From: Felis catus
Taxonomy: Eukaryota
Assembly: GCF_018350175.1 (NCBI RefSeq)
Contig: NC_058383.1
Coordinates: 8,372,001 to 8,436,000 of the forward strand
Length of the DNA: 64,000 nucleotides
Reading direction: 5' to 3'
Within the stretch, counting starts at the first letter, position 1, and every line of letters starts with the position of its first letter. Below, piece by piece: positions 36,364-48,560 of this stretch. Under the pieces are notes generated by a model, which had not been told where the DNA came from, did not search any database, and worked only from the letters and a program-made list of their open reading frames with translations. The position numbers were made by a program, and so were the translations under genes.

Positions 36364-36540
36364 TGCATTAGTCAGGGTTCTCCAGGGGAAAAGCGGTGGT
36401 AGGATATACAGATAGAGATGCGACGAAGAGGAGATTTATTATAGGAATTGGTTCATGCCGCCGTGGAGGCCCAGAAAGCCCCCAGTCGGCTCTCTGCATG
36501 CTAGAGACCCAGGAAAGCTGGTGGTATAATTCAGTCCAGT
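36364..36540 (-). mobile_element. MLT2 (ERVL) LTR fragment
   Basis: tgcattagtcagggttctccag...gagatttattataggaattggttcatg...gagacccaggaaagctggtggtataattcagtcc. Confidence 0.8.
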
Positions 36541-37061
36541 GATCAATTGAGATGATCATGTGGGGTTTTTTTGTTTCTCATTTTGCTCATGTGAGATATT
36601 ACACAGACTGATTTTGCTATGTTGAAACATCTGTGTGGTTCCAGGAATAAATCCCATTTGGTCATGGCTTATGATTCTTTTAATGGGCTGCCAAATTTGG
36701 TTGGCTAGTATTTTTAATGAAGATTTTTGCATTGATGTTTGTAAGAGATATTGGCGTATTGTTTTTCCTGTAGTGTCTTTGTCCGGCTTTGGTATAGGGT
36801 AATTAATGCTGGCTTCATAGAATGCGTTAGGAGATCCTTCGCTTCGGTTTCTGGGAAAATTTTGAGAAGAATTGGTATTGGGTCTTCTTTCGGTGTTTGG
36901 GAGAATTGACTGGTGATGCCATCGGGTCCAGAATTTTCTTTGTGGGGAGATTTTTAATTACTGATTCAATCTCCTTATTTCTTCAATCTCCTCTATTTCT
37001 TCGCAATTTAATGCTGATAGGTTTTGTGTTTCCAAGAGTTTGTCCATTTTATGCAGGTTAT

Positions 37062-37689
37062 TGTTGGGAGATGTCATCCAGAAGACATGACCACTGGTTG
37101 ACCCATGAGCCGGACCCCAGTCCCCTCCCCTCTCCCATCCTTGGAATATGGGCTTCACTTGCCTTTCCTGCTCCCAGCGGCTGCCCCCAGGACAGAGTCT
37201 TGAGATAATGGTGTTGCATTCAGACCGATATATGTGACTGAATGCAGTGAAGACCTCTCTATAAACTTTATTTTTTAAATTAATTTATTTTTTAAAGTTT
37301 ATTTGTTTATTTTGGGGGGGGAGGGCAGACAGAGAGGGAGAGAGAGGATCCTAAGCAGGCTCCACGGTGCCCGCGCAGAGCCCAACACAGGGCTTGAGTG
37401 CACGAACCGTGAGATCATGACTTGAGCCCAAATCAAGAGTAGGACGCTTAACTGACTGAGTCGCCCAGGCACGGCCGTGTGTATAAACTTCTAAAATACG
37501 GCAGGCAGTTTGGAGACCTCGTCTTGCAGCCGCCCAAGACCAGCCTCGTAGGTAATTTCCCGTGTTTATTACACCTGCCATCTACCAGTCTGGAGTGGCC
37601 TGCCCCTTTCTTTGGCCTCTCCTTGTCCTCTGTAAACGGGACCACTTTCAGATCTCACCCGGGATGCTTCCTAAGAGCTTGCCAACCAG
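37062..37689 (+). mobile_element. Probable ERV solo LTR inserted in the L1 and interrupted by a Can-SINE
   Basis: Non-L1 block starting TGttgggag and ending ...ccaacCA, with a TATAAA-like box; L1 sequence resumes on both sides. Confidence 0.55.
37270..37472 (-). mobile_element. Can-SINE
   Basis: Reverse head ...gagtcgcccaggcac; flanking direct repeat tataaactt. Confidence 0.9.
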
Positions 37690-38034
37690 CCGCTACTCAG
37701 TTTGTTGGTGTATGGGCTGTTCGTAGCGCGGTCTTTTAATCTTTCTGCAGATCCAGCAATAGCTCGGCTGTCATTTCTGACTTTAATAATTTGCATCTTC
37801 TCCCTTTTTTTCCTAGTCGCTAGCTAAAAAATTTGTCGATTTAGTTGAACTTTTCAAAGAACTGACTTCTGGTTTCATTGATTTTTCTCTATTGTTTTTC
37901 TCGTCTCTATTTTGTTGATCCCTGCTCTAATCTTTATTATTTCTTTCTGTTTGCTAGCTGTGGATCCAGTTTGTTTTTCTTTTTTTATTCTTTAAGTTAT
38001 CAAGTTAAATTGTTGATTTGAGCTCTTTCTTGTT

Positions 38035-38250
38035 GTTTTTTTTTTAAATATTTATTTATTTCTGAGAGAGAGAGAGAGAGAGAATAGGAGCAGGGGAGGG
38101 GCTGAGAACGAAGAAGACACAGAATCCGAAGGAGGTTCCAGGCTCTGAGCCGTCAGCACGCAGCCCGATACTGGGCTCCAACCCATGAACCGTGAGATCA
38201 TGACCTGAACTGAAGTCAGACACTCGACCAACTGAGCCACCCAGGCGCCC
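38035..38250 (-). mobile_element. Can-SINE
   Basis: Reverse head ...gagccacccaggcgcccc and (GA)n tract. Confidence 0.94.
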
Positions 38251-39199
38251 CTCTTGGTTTTTTTTTTAATGTAAGTGTGTTTATGACTATAAACATCCCC
38301 CTTGGTACTGCTTTTGCTGCACCCCATAACTTCGGGTATGTTGTGTTTTTGTTTTCTCTCCAAGTATTTTCTCATTTCCTTTGTGATTTCTTCTTTGACC
38401 CATGGGTTGTTTAAAATTCTGTTGTATAATTCCCACGATTTTGCGAATGTCCCAGTTTTCCTTCTGTCGCGGATTTCTAACTTCATCTCTTTTCGGTCAG
38501 AGAAGATACTTTGTATGGTAGCAACCTTTCCAAATCCACTGAGACTTAATTTGTGGCCTAACATAGACTGTGGCCTGGAAAATGTTCCCTGTGCACTTGA
38601 GAAGAATACATATCCCGGTTTGGGGTAGATTGTTCTGAATATGCCTGTTGGAGCGAGTCTGTTTGCTGTGTTGTTTCCTTACGTTCGTCTCTGTCTCTTG
38701 ATCGGAGAGTTTAATTCCTTTACATTTAAAGTAATTACTGATGAGGAGAGACTTCTGCCATTTTTTGACTTGTTTTCTATACGCTTTATAGCTTTTTTTG
38801 TGTCCCTCATTTCCCGGATCACTGTCTTCTTTTGTGTTGAGTTGAATTTCTTACTGAAATGTTGAAATTTCTTTCTTATTTCCTTTTGTGTCTATTCTAT
38901 AGCTGTGTTCTTTGTGGTTACTATGGGGATTGTATGGAACGTGCTAAAGTTATAACACTCGAATCTGAATTTATGGCAGTTGAACATCAATAAAGCGCAA
39001 ATATTCTGCTCTTTTATAGCTCTGGCCCCACCCCTTTCAGGTGCTGATGTCAGAAAATTACATCTTTATACTTCGTGTTTGCAAAAAACGCAAACTTGTA
39101 GTTCCTTTAAATGCATTAGTCTCCTGCATTATGTAGAAAACAAGATTTGGAGTTATAAACCAAAGTTACAGTAATCTAGTTATTACACTAATATTTTTT

Positions 39200-39402
39200 A
39201 AACATTTTTTAATGTTTATTTTTGAGAGAGAGACAGACACAGAGCACAAGCGGGGGAGAGGCAGACAGAGGGAGACACAGAAACGAAAGCAGGCTCCAGG
39301 CTCTGAGCTGTCAGCACAGAGCCCGATGCAGGGGTCGAACTCACAAACCGCGAGATCATGACCTGAGCTAACATTGGATGCTTAACCCACTGAGCCATCC
39401 CT
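39200..39402 (-). mobile_element. Can-SINE
   Basis: Typical body gcaggctccaggctctgagctgtcagcacagagcccga. Confidence 0.92.
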
Positions 39403-39523
39403 ACACTGTTTTGTTTTTTTAATATTAATATATTAATATTAATTAATATTAATTTCTTTCTCTCTCCCTCTCTCTCTCTCTCTGTCTCTCTGTCTCTCTC
39501 TCTTTTAAATTCCAGTGTAGTTA

Positions 39524-39729
39524 GGAGCATCTGGATGGTTCAGTCAGTTAAGCGTCCAACTTCGGCTCAGGTCATGATCGCACGGTTTGTGGGTTTGAGC
39601 CCCGCGTCGGGCTCCTCACTGATAATGCAGAATCTGCCTGGGATTCTCCCTCTCCCTCTCTCTCTGCCCCTCCTCCACTCGTGCCTTCTCTCTCTGTCTC
39701 AAAAATAAATAAATAAACCTTAAGAAAAT
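39524..39729 (+). mobile_element. Can-SINE inserted in an L1 3' end fragment
   Basis: TSD ttccagtgtagtta (39510-39523 / 39730-39743). Confidence 0.92.
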
Positions 39730-40310
39730 TTCCAGTGTAGTTAACATACAGTGTCATATTCGTTTCAGGCGTACAATATAGTGACTCAATAATTCTATAC
39801 GTGACTCGGTGCTCATCTTGACAAGTTTACCCTTAACCCCTTTCACCTATTCCACCCCATCCCTCCACACCCCAAAATACATTAGTCTCTTGAATTGTGT
39901 AGCGAACAAACAAAAAGTACGGTTACAAACCCTTGTTACACTATAAGTGGCTTTTATCATTGCCAATGCGTCTGCTTTATTTATTGAGATCTTTACGATC
40001 TCAACAACATCTTCGTGTTACTGCCTAGTGATCTTCAACGCCACCTCGTAAGACCCTCTTGAGCATTTCTCGCAGAGTGGGTTGTATGGTCATACACGCT
40101 CTCGGCTTCTGTTTATCTGGGAGTGTCTTCATTTCCCCCTCACTTCTGAAGGCCAGTTTGGCCAGACAGAGGATTCTTTTGGCTCTTTGAATATATCAGC
40201 CCCGGGTCTTCTGGCCTCAAAGTTGCCGATGAGAAATCTGACAATCTGATTGAGGACCCATCATGGGCGAGGGGTCATTTCTCTCCCACTTCTTTCAAGA
40301 CTCTTCCTTT

Positions 40311-40588
40311 GGGAGCATCTGGGCGGCTCAGTCAGTCAAGCATCCGACTCTTGGTTTTGGCTCAGGTCGTGATCCCGCGGTTTTGTGAGTTTGCGCCCCG
40401 CGTCTCTCTCTCTCTGTCTCTTCCCTGCTCACGCTGTCTCTGTCTCTCTCAAAAGAAACAAATAAACTTAAAAAAAAAATTCTCTCTTTGTCTCTGCCAT
40501 GCAGGGCTTGAACTCACAACCCTGAGATCAAGACCTAAGCTGAGACCAAGAGTTGGATGCTTAGCCAACTCAGCTGCCCGGGCGCCCT
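40311..40588. mobile_element. Two adjacent Can-SINEs in opposite orientation (+ 40311-40480; - 40480-40588)
   Basis: Heads at both outer ends, tails meeting in the middle. Confidence 0.8.
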
Positions 40589-41587
40589 CGTCTTTGCCTT
40601 TGGAAAGTTTGATTACAGTGCATCTCGGTAGGGGTGTCTTTGAGTTCATTCTACTTCAAGTGCGTAGAACTTGGAAGTTACATTCATGTCTTTCATCAAA
40701 TTCGGGAGATTTCCAGCTATTATTTCTTCAAACGTTCTCTGCCCCCCTCGCTCCCTCCTTCTGGGATTCCCGTGGTGCCCATGTTGGTCTTTGTGATGGT
40801 CTCTTGGGCTCTGGTTACTTTCGTTCAATCTTTTTTGTTCCTGTTCCTCAGCCCCAGTATTTTCCCTTGCCTTATCTTCAGGCTCTTTTCTTCTGCCTAC
40901 TCAAATCCGCTTGGAATCCCTCTAGTGAGTTTTTCATTTCCGTTGTCGGACTTTTCAGCTCCAGAATTTCCTTCTGGTTTCTTTCAGGTTTTCCGTCGCC
41001 TTACAGTACTTCTCTCGTGTTCACACGTTGCTCTCTTGACTTTCTCTGCCTCCTGCTGTAGTTTGTTGAGCATCATTAAGACAGATGTTTTAAAGTCTCT
41101 GTCTGGTGTGTTTGCCATCAATCAGGTCACTTTCAGGGACAGCTTCCGGCGAATTATTTTTTCCCTTTGACCGGGCCCCGTTTTCCGATTTCTTTGGTAT
41201 GCCTTGTGATTTTTTTGTCGTCATTGTTGAGAGCTGGGCATTTGACTCTAATTCTGTGGTAACTCTGGAAATCTATTCTCTCCCTTCCCCTGGGTTTGCC
41301 GGACTTTTCTCTTTATGATTATTTACCGTCTTTGGGTTTTTTTCTATTAGAAGCTATCTCTGTGCTGAAGATCAAGCCGAAGTGTAAACTTAAAGTGTTC
41401 TCAGATCTTTGTTGAGCCTTTCTTTGGGCATGCTGTTCACTTTCTGATTTTCCCCAAATACGCAGTTGTTTTGAATGCCTTGGGGTGTTTCCCCCAACCC
41501 CGGCTCCCACCAGCTCTATGCCAGGAATACATGCATAGGTGCCTGCCGTGGGGATGGGGTGGGGGATTGGTCACGGCTACTAAAGTC

Positions 41588-41780
41588 GGGACACCTGGGT
41601 GGCTCAGTTGGTTAAGCGTCTGACCTCAGCTCGGGTCATGATCTCACAATTCATGAGTTCAAGCCCCACATCGGGCTGTCTGCTGTCTGCACAGAGCCTG
41701 CTTTGGATCTTCTGTTCCCCTCTCTCAACCTCTCCCCAGCTCACACTCTCTCTCTCAAAAGCAAATAAACCTTTTTTTTT
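41588..41780 (+). mobile_element. Can-SINE
   Basis: Head gggacacctgggtggctcagttggttaagcg. Confidence 0.92.
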
Positions 41781-41829
41781 AAGTAACTGAAGTCAACCAC
41801 AGTTACATTATATTAAAAAAAAAAACAAA

Positions 41830-42270
41830 ACAGCTTTATTGAGATAGAATTCCCATGTCACACAACTCACCCACGTAAAGTGAACAGTTCAATGGCTTTT
41901 AGTCTATTCACAGTGTTGTGCAACTATCAGGACAATCAACTTTAGAACATTCTCATCGCCCCCCTCCACAACAACAACAAAACCTTATCATTTACCCATC
42001 ACCCCTAATCACTCCATACCCCCAGCACTGTCCCCTCCCCCCCCCCACCAGACTACTCATCTGCTTTTTGTCTCTGAATTTGTCTGTTCTGGATGCTTCA
42101 TACAAATGAAGTCACACACTCTGGCTTCTTTTATGAGCATCATGTTCTCAAGGCTCATGCATGTCGTAGCAGGCAGGTATCAGTGCTTTTTCCACTTCGT
42201 GGTTGAAGAACATTCCATTGTGCAGAAGGACCACATTTGGCTTATCGTTCATCCCCAAATCGGTGGCCAT
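41830..42270 (-). mobile_element. Old L1 3' end fragment (L1MB-like)
   Basis: cagctttattgagatagaattccca...caatggcttttagtctattcacagtgttgtgcaactatc. Confidence 0.8.
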
Positions 42271-42549
42271 TTACCATCTATACCTTCCCCTGGAGGTTGA
42301 AGCCTTCAGGAGACTCCAGAGCTCCAAAATACTCACATCAGACAGATTCTGTCCAGTGCAGAGGGTCATCTAGGCAGAGAGAGAGAGAGATCCCTGGTGC
42401 TTCCTACTCCACCCTCCCAGAATCCTGTATTGAATTTTGTAGAGATTATGGCTGTCCACCACCTTGAAGACTCTCAGCATCCCAGTGGACTTAATGTGGG
42501 CACGAATAGATCCAAGCATCGCAAGGGGTGGACTGTAGGAGATGCTTTT

Positions 42550-43000
42550 TGGTGGCCCCGTGTCACACCCCCTCTGACTGCAGCAGCAGCTGGGCGGAGA
42601 GTTGTAGGTGAGCTCAGGCACACTGATAGTGTCCCACGTAAGCCTGTGACGTGCGTCCCTCCCCTCTCTGGCTCAGGGTCCTCTCCCTGAGGCTACGAGC
42701 AAATACTGCAGGCAGAATCGTGGGACAGCCAAAACTCCCAGGAGAAACACTCAGCCACTGGGGCACAGGAGGCAGCGGAAAAATGCTGTGTCCTCCTTCT
42801 TCCGGAAAGACAATTCCGGAAGGACATTCCATACGCTTTTCAGGGGTCCCTACATGTCGACAATCATTTCCTCCACGTATTCGTAAAGTCCCAAGAGAAA
42901 AAGAGCTTTTAGGTGGTTATCTGATTGGCGGGGCCATCCTCCCTGGTACCCAACCTGTGCAAAGCAGGCAAGCGGTCGTTCTTTGACTAAATGGGGCTTC
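42550..43000. mobile_element. Probable ERVL LTR (LTR16-like)
   Basis: acactcagccactggggcacaggaggcagcggaaaaatgct...gacaattccggaaggacattccatacgcttttcaggggtccc. Confidence 0.5.
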
Positions 43001-46000
43001 GGCCTGAAATTTGTCTCGTGTTGTTAGGCCTGACGGTCACGTGGTACCAAACATCGCATAAGATGCTTCGAAGAATAGCCATGACGATAACAGAAAAATA
43101 ACACAACACCCGTGAGCGCTTAAGGAATGACGGGTGTCCACATGCAGCGTCTTGGATGCTTGTTGACTCTCCGGGGTCACCATCAGTGTCCCTTCCATTT
43201 TCTGGGTGAGGAAATTGGGCTCAGAGAGGTTAAGCCACTGGCCCAGGGACACCCAGCAGTCATGTGACAGAGTCAGTATTTTCACACCCCGTCTGCTCCT
43301 TAGCAGGACTGTGGGTTCTACCACTCGGCTCAGTGCCTGGCACGGGGGGGTTCAGGCAGGGGCCTGGGAGGTGGGTTCGGCTCTGCACACCGCCTCCAGT
43401 GCAGGGCCCAGCTCAGAGCGCCCGCCCGCCCGTGTCCGCTTCTTGAACCTGCACACGCACGAGTGAGACCAGCCCCCACCCCCCGGCCTCCCTGGGTGAC
43501 GGGGAGCAGCCTTGAACTCCACTCTCGATCAGCCTCCCTCAATGCAGATGGACTGCTGTTGGTGTTCCTGGGACATAATTTTCAGCGAGACAGGACCATT
43601 GGGAAAGTCATAAATACACATTCAGATGCACGCGATGGATAATAAACTCGGCTCCAACGAGTCACTTGAGTTGCCATAAATCTTGGCTGCGTTTTCTTCC
43701 CGGGGGCCTGTAAATCAGGCCCATCTCCTTCTCCTCCTCTGTCTTCCCGGCCGTCCCTACCTGCCATCGGTTATGTGGCGGGTGGAGCATCTGACAGCCG
43801 GCCCCCCACGCCGCCCTTAAACCCCCCGTGCACAACCTGCCACCATCCCGGGGGGCCGGGGCGTCTCTCCCATTCGAGGCCTCCTTTGTGCTTTGCTGAA
43901 CAGCAGCCACACTACGAATGATGGTTCACACCAGCCTGATGGGGTTCAACGACACGCAGTTCTTAAAAGCAGGCCGTGGCCGGTCCTCGCCTCTCCCCTC
44001 CCCTGGGCCTGGGCCTCTGCGGGCCGTTTCCAACACGCCAACGAAGCGAGGGGCAGGGAAAACCTGGCGGGGTCTGGAGTTCCGGACACAGCGGGCTGAG
44101 GCGGTTCTGTAACTGGGGACTGAAGCCCCGTCCCTTCTCTGGGCCTCAGTGCACTCGTCTGCAGGATGGAGACAGTCATCCCTACTTCCCACGATGGTTT
44201 TACCCAGGATCGTAATCCTCGGGTAACCCGCGTCAGAGAAAGCCTCAAACCTCAGTGGCTGAACCCCAACACAAGGGTTTAATTTCTGTCCCTGCAAAGT
44301 CCCACCTGGAGGCCTTCTTCCACCTCAGGGCTTCATTATCTGGAATGTGTGTCCCTCGAAGACCGCGGCCGGAGAAGGGAGAGACGGGAGGGAGCACGTC
44401 GCCTCGGAGCTGCCCCCAGCCCGGAAGTGAGGGGGGTCCCCTCGCTCGCATCCGTGATACAACACATGGTCTCTGAGGGCCAAACTCTCTGTCCTCTACT
44501 CCCCATCACCCAGCCCTCCCTTGGGCTGGCTAACAGCACCTATGGCCTTTCTCCCAGCCCCTGGCTCCTCCCGGCCTCTGTTGTGACTTAGTCAAGAGGA
44601 CTCAAGGAAGGCTCCCTGTCTGCAGCTGGGCCCCGCTTGCAGGAAGCCTTCCGGGATTTCCTGGGCTCCTGTGAGCGTGGGGAGAGAGGAGGCTGTGGCG
44701 TCCTCAGCACTGTGGCTGGATAGGGAGGAAGCAGTCTGGCCTAGGAGGGTCTCCCTTGTCTCTGGGGCCTGACGCCTGCCGAACAGCCCCCCGCCCCAGC
44801 TGGCCAGGTGGTTTCACGACTAGAGCCCCTTATGCGTGGCCTGCCCTCCTTGTCAAACATAGAAGCAGTGGGCCATGGTAAGGCGGGGAAGCAGGGTATC
44901 CCAGAGGGCAGGGCCCGGTGTGGTTGGAGGAAACAGACTGATAGAATACCCTGCTACCAGGGCAAAGGCTTGGAGACCCCCCAGGACCCCCTTGCCCACG
45001 GCTGGAGACCGCTGCATTATAGTGAGTCTGTCTAAACTGTAGGGGCAGATGCCCTGAGTTCTAGTCTCAGCCTGGGTGCTAATTTAGCCTGTGGCCTTAA
45101 GCCAACCCTTTCATGCCTGGGCCTCAACTTGCACATCTGTAAAATGGGGCTGGTTTTCATCCCGCCCACCTTACGAGGTTAGCTACAAAGCACCCAAGCA
45201 GGGGTTCTGGGTGGGGGTGGGAAGGTGAGGTGTGAGAGGCCAGAGGGAACCCTCTGATGGGATCTAAACTCCTGCTTGTGAGCAGCTCTGGGCTGGGACG
45301 GCAAGTCCAACTTCTCTGGAATCCAGGCGGGGCCCAGAGGTCAGCTTTGGATGACCAAGGAGCTACTGTTTCTCTCTCCTTCCTGCCACCCCAAGGGAAA
45401 TCTGCTGTTTGTCCCCGGTAGAACTCTCTTTTTCCATCTCCCATTCTCCAAAGCACCCCATAAAATACCAGAAATAAACACTGTGCATGGCTTTCATTTG
45501 AAGAGGGTTTGTCTTTCCCCTTTTATTACTTCTTACCACGATATACCAGCCTTTCATCTCTGTGCACTCGGGTCAGTGACCCTGGGAGGCAGGCCAAAGG
45601 CAGTGCGTCCCAGTCTCTTTGGTCAAATGAGGACTCACTTCTAGGAATGCTGGGGTGACCACGAGGGGCTGCCTGGATGAGGCAACAAATGCAGGGCAGA
45701 GGAAGGAACACTGGGTCTGGGTTTTGAAGGATGAGTAGAAGTTCGTGGGGGTGGGGAGAAGTGGGGTGGGAGAGCATTGTCAGCAGAGGGAGCGGTGTGT
45801 GCAAAGGGATAGGGAAAGAAACAGACCGGAATATTTCAGGAGCAAGTGGAAGTTCAGCAGGGCTGGATTGCAAGGTGCCTGAGGGATGAGAGGGGGTCCA
45901 AAGAGGGCAGGAGGGCTGAGTGTAGAGGCCTTGAACGCCAGGCTAAGGAGCCCAGATTATATCCTGAGGGCCTTGGGGAGCCAAGGGGGAAGGTGCGTGA

Positions 46001-48295
46001 GGTGGGGACGACCAGGGACACCTATCCCCCAGGACCCGTCTTTGTGACAGGGCCACTTGTTGCCATGTTGAGGGGAGGCTGGGGGTGGCAGGGTGACCCT
46101 GCTTCTGCCCAAATTCAAAGGACGTCTTGAAAGAATCTAAAAGGAGCCTCCGTATAAAATGACTCTTTGAAAAAGTCAACATTTCCGTGATTTTGTAGAA
46201 ATTAATCAGGAACACATGTGTTCTATTTTTCATAAATTGCAAAAGATCAAAAGGGAAGGAAAAATCTCTCAGGGTAAAAGACAACGCAAGTTCCATCACC
46301 AGCCCAAACGCCCCCCACACCCCCCCCCCGCCTTCCATCCGGCGCTTCCTTCCACCCAGCACCCGCTGTGCCCTCCGCCACCCCCCTCAGGCGAATGTGA
46401 GCCCCAGGCTGGGCGTGGGCCACGGGGGAGGCTCAGGTGCGGCTCATACCCAGGGTGCTCCGAGGCAGGAGGGAGCACCAGCGGTGAGGGGCAATGGCAG
46501 TCGCCGTGACCGGTGCCGGGGGGCAAAAGCTCAGGGCTGGGGAAAGCTGCAGAAGCCTCGAGCCCAGCCAAGTGAGGGAACAGGACAAGGGACAGTTGGA
46601 GAAGAAATGAGATGTGAGCTGGGAACAGAGCAGGATTGCCTTGACGGTGCTCCTCAAGAATCTGGATTTCCCTCTGCGCTTTCCTTCCAGAGCTTTCCGA
46701 GGACCCGGGTTTGGGGACAGAAGCTCCACTCGGCCTCCCTCTTACTGTGAGGCTCTGCCCCAGCCTCGAACCTCAACCAGCCACTTGTAAATGGGGGGGG
46801 GGGGGCTGTGAGGGGCCATGGACAGGCGGGCGCTTGCTTCGGCCTCTCTCTCACCACGGCCCCATCTTTGCTGGCCTCGCCTGGCTGTGTCCTCTGTGCG
46901 GGCTGCGGCGGGGGCAGTAGAGGCGAGAGAGCAGTCCCTGGGGCCCCCACCCTGCATGCCCAGCATGCCCAAGGAAGAGGGGCCCAGGCCTCCCAGGGTC
47001 CTGACACTCCTGCGTCCATCTGGGTGGAGGGAGGCGGGGAGGCCTGACGGAGACGCGGAGCCTTGAAGGCCTCTTGCGCTTCAGCCTCAGTGCACCAGAT
47101 CAAGGCTCCCTCCCTCCTTCCCAACCCCCACCCGGGGCACCCCCACCTTGGGCTGAGCAGCACCCAGCCCGCCACCCCGCCCGCCCCCGCGGTGGGCGCC
47201 GTGCCAGCCCTGCGGGCGGGTGGTGAAATAATCCGGCTAGACGGGCTGCCATCTTGGCACATCCTGAGGCGCCTGGGGCCGCGGGGAGCTTCAAAAGGAA
47301 AATTAATGTCTCTTACCAGCAATTAGAGGAAATTATTTAGATAGAAATCTTGTTTTATATCTCCCCATTCTTGTTTTTCAATCCCCAGCCTTTGATTTCT
47401 TTCTTCTTCGGGGATTCTCGGAAAGACACGGAAAGCCTGGGCCGCGCACCGAGGCCTAATGAGCGCCGGGCGCACCTGGCGTCGCGGCCTCACCCGTGGA
47501 GGCGGCTTCTGAGGTGCGGTGCTTCCTGAACCCAGCCCTGGGGTCTTCCAGTGCGGCTGGCGGCACCCTTGGCAGCGACGGCCACACTCCTGGGGTGGGC
47601 AGTCGTGGGTGGGCCTTTGTTCCCGCTGCCTCTACCGCTGCCCTCAGGGGGCGGCACCGGGGCCCAGGTCGCGGCGTCTGGGGGTGGCCTGGTGCCGGGG
47701 GCAGGCCTGAGGGGCAAGGGTCTGCGAAGCAGCCCGGGGGAGGGGCCGACACCCGTCTTCTGTCAGCAGGGAGACCCCCCCCCCTCACCTCCACCCTGCA
47801 GCATCTCCCCGCCACCTCAGATGAGGTCCCAACTCCACGGCTGGGTGTTCAGAGCCCTGCAGATCCAGCCCTGCCAGCTGCCCTGGCAGTACCCCTGCCC
47901 CCTCCACCCCTCATCCCTGTCTTCGGCTGTCCAGAATGCCCGGCTTGTCCCAGACCGGAGCCGAGCTGCTGTGAGCCTGGGCCTGAAATCGACGGCCTTA
48001 TCTCTCTCTACCTGGGCGACCCCGGCTCCTCCTTCCAGGTTGGGGCCTACCTCAGCCTCCTCAGAAACTCTGAGTCACCTCCCAGAAGAGTTGGTGTCCC
48101 CTGCATTTATAGCCCAGGCCTCTGCCCTGATCCTGTCACTATTTGTGGGCCTGGGAGCTCCTCAAAGCCAGGGAGCAGGTCTGCTGCATTTCAGGGTCCC
48201 CAGTACTGGGTGGCCCCAAGGGGCTTCAGCAACAGAGTTATGAGGATAAAGCAAAATAAAGAAGTTGAGATGCTTTGCAATTGTATTAAAGCCAT

Positions 48296-48560
48296 TCACC
48301 ATCCCTCCTTCCCTCCACCCACCCATCTGTCCACCAACCCACCCATTATCAACTCATCCATCCATCCAATCATTCAATCCATCCACCACTCATTTGTCCA
48401 CCCGCACACCCATCCATCCTTTTACCCATCCCTCCACCCATCCATTCATGCCTCCATCATCCATCCATCCACCCATCCATTCATTCAATCATCCATCCAT
48501 CCATCCATTCAGCCCTCCATCATCCACCCATCCATCCATCCATCCATCCAACCACCCATG
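48296..48560. repeat. Degenerate (CATC)n simple repeat
   Basis: Directly visible; probably the tail of an L2. Confidence 0.92.

Larger units (their letters stand above)
36545..41500 (-). mobile_element. Older L1 (L1M-type) ORF2 5' half to ORF1, fragmented, with nested SINEs, an LTR and an L1 piece
   Basis: Minus-strand remnants LGHKLSLS...IQSIFSDRKEMKLEI...ILNNPWVKEEITKEMRKYLE and FEEIIAGNLPNLMKDMN. Confidence 0.8.
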
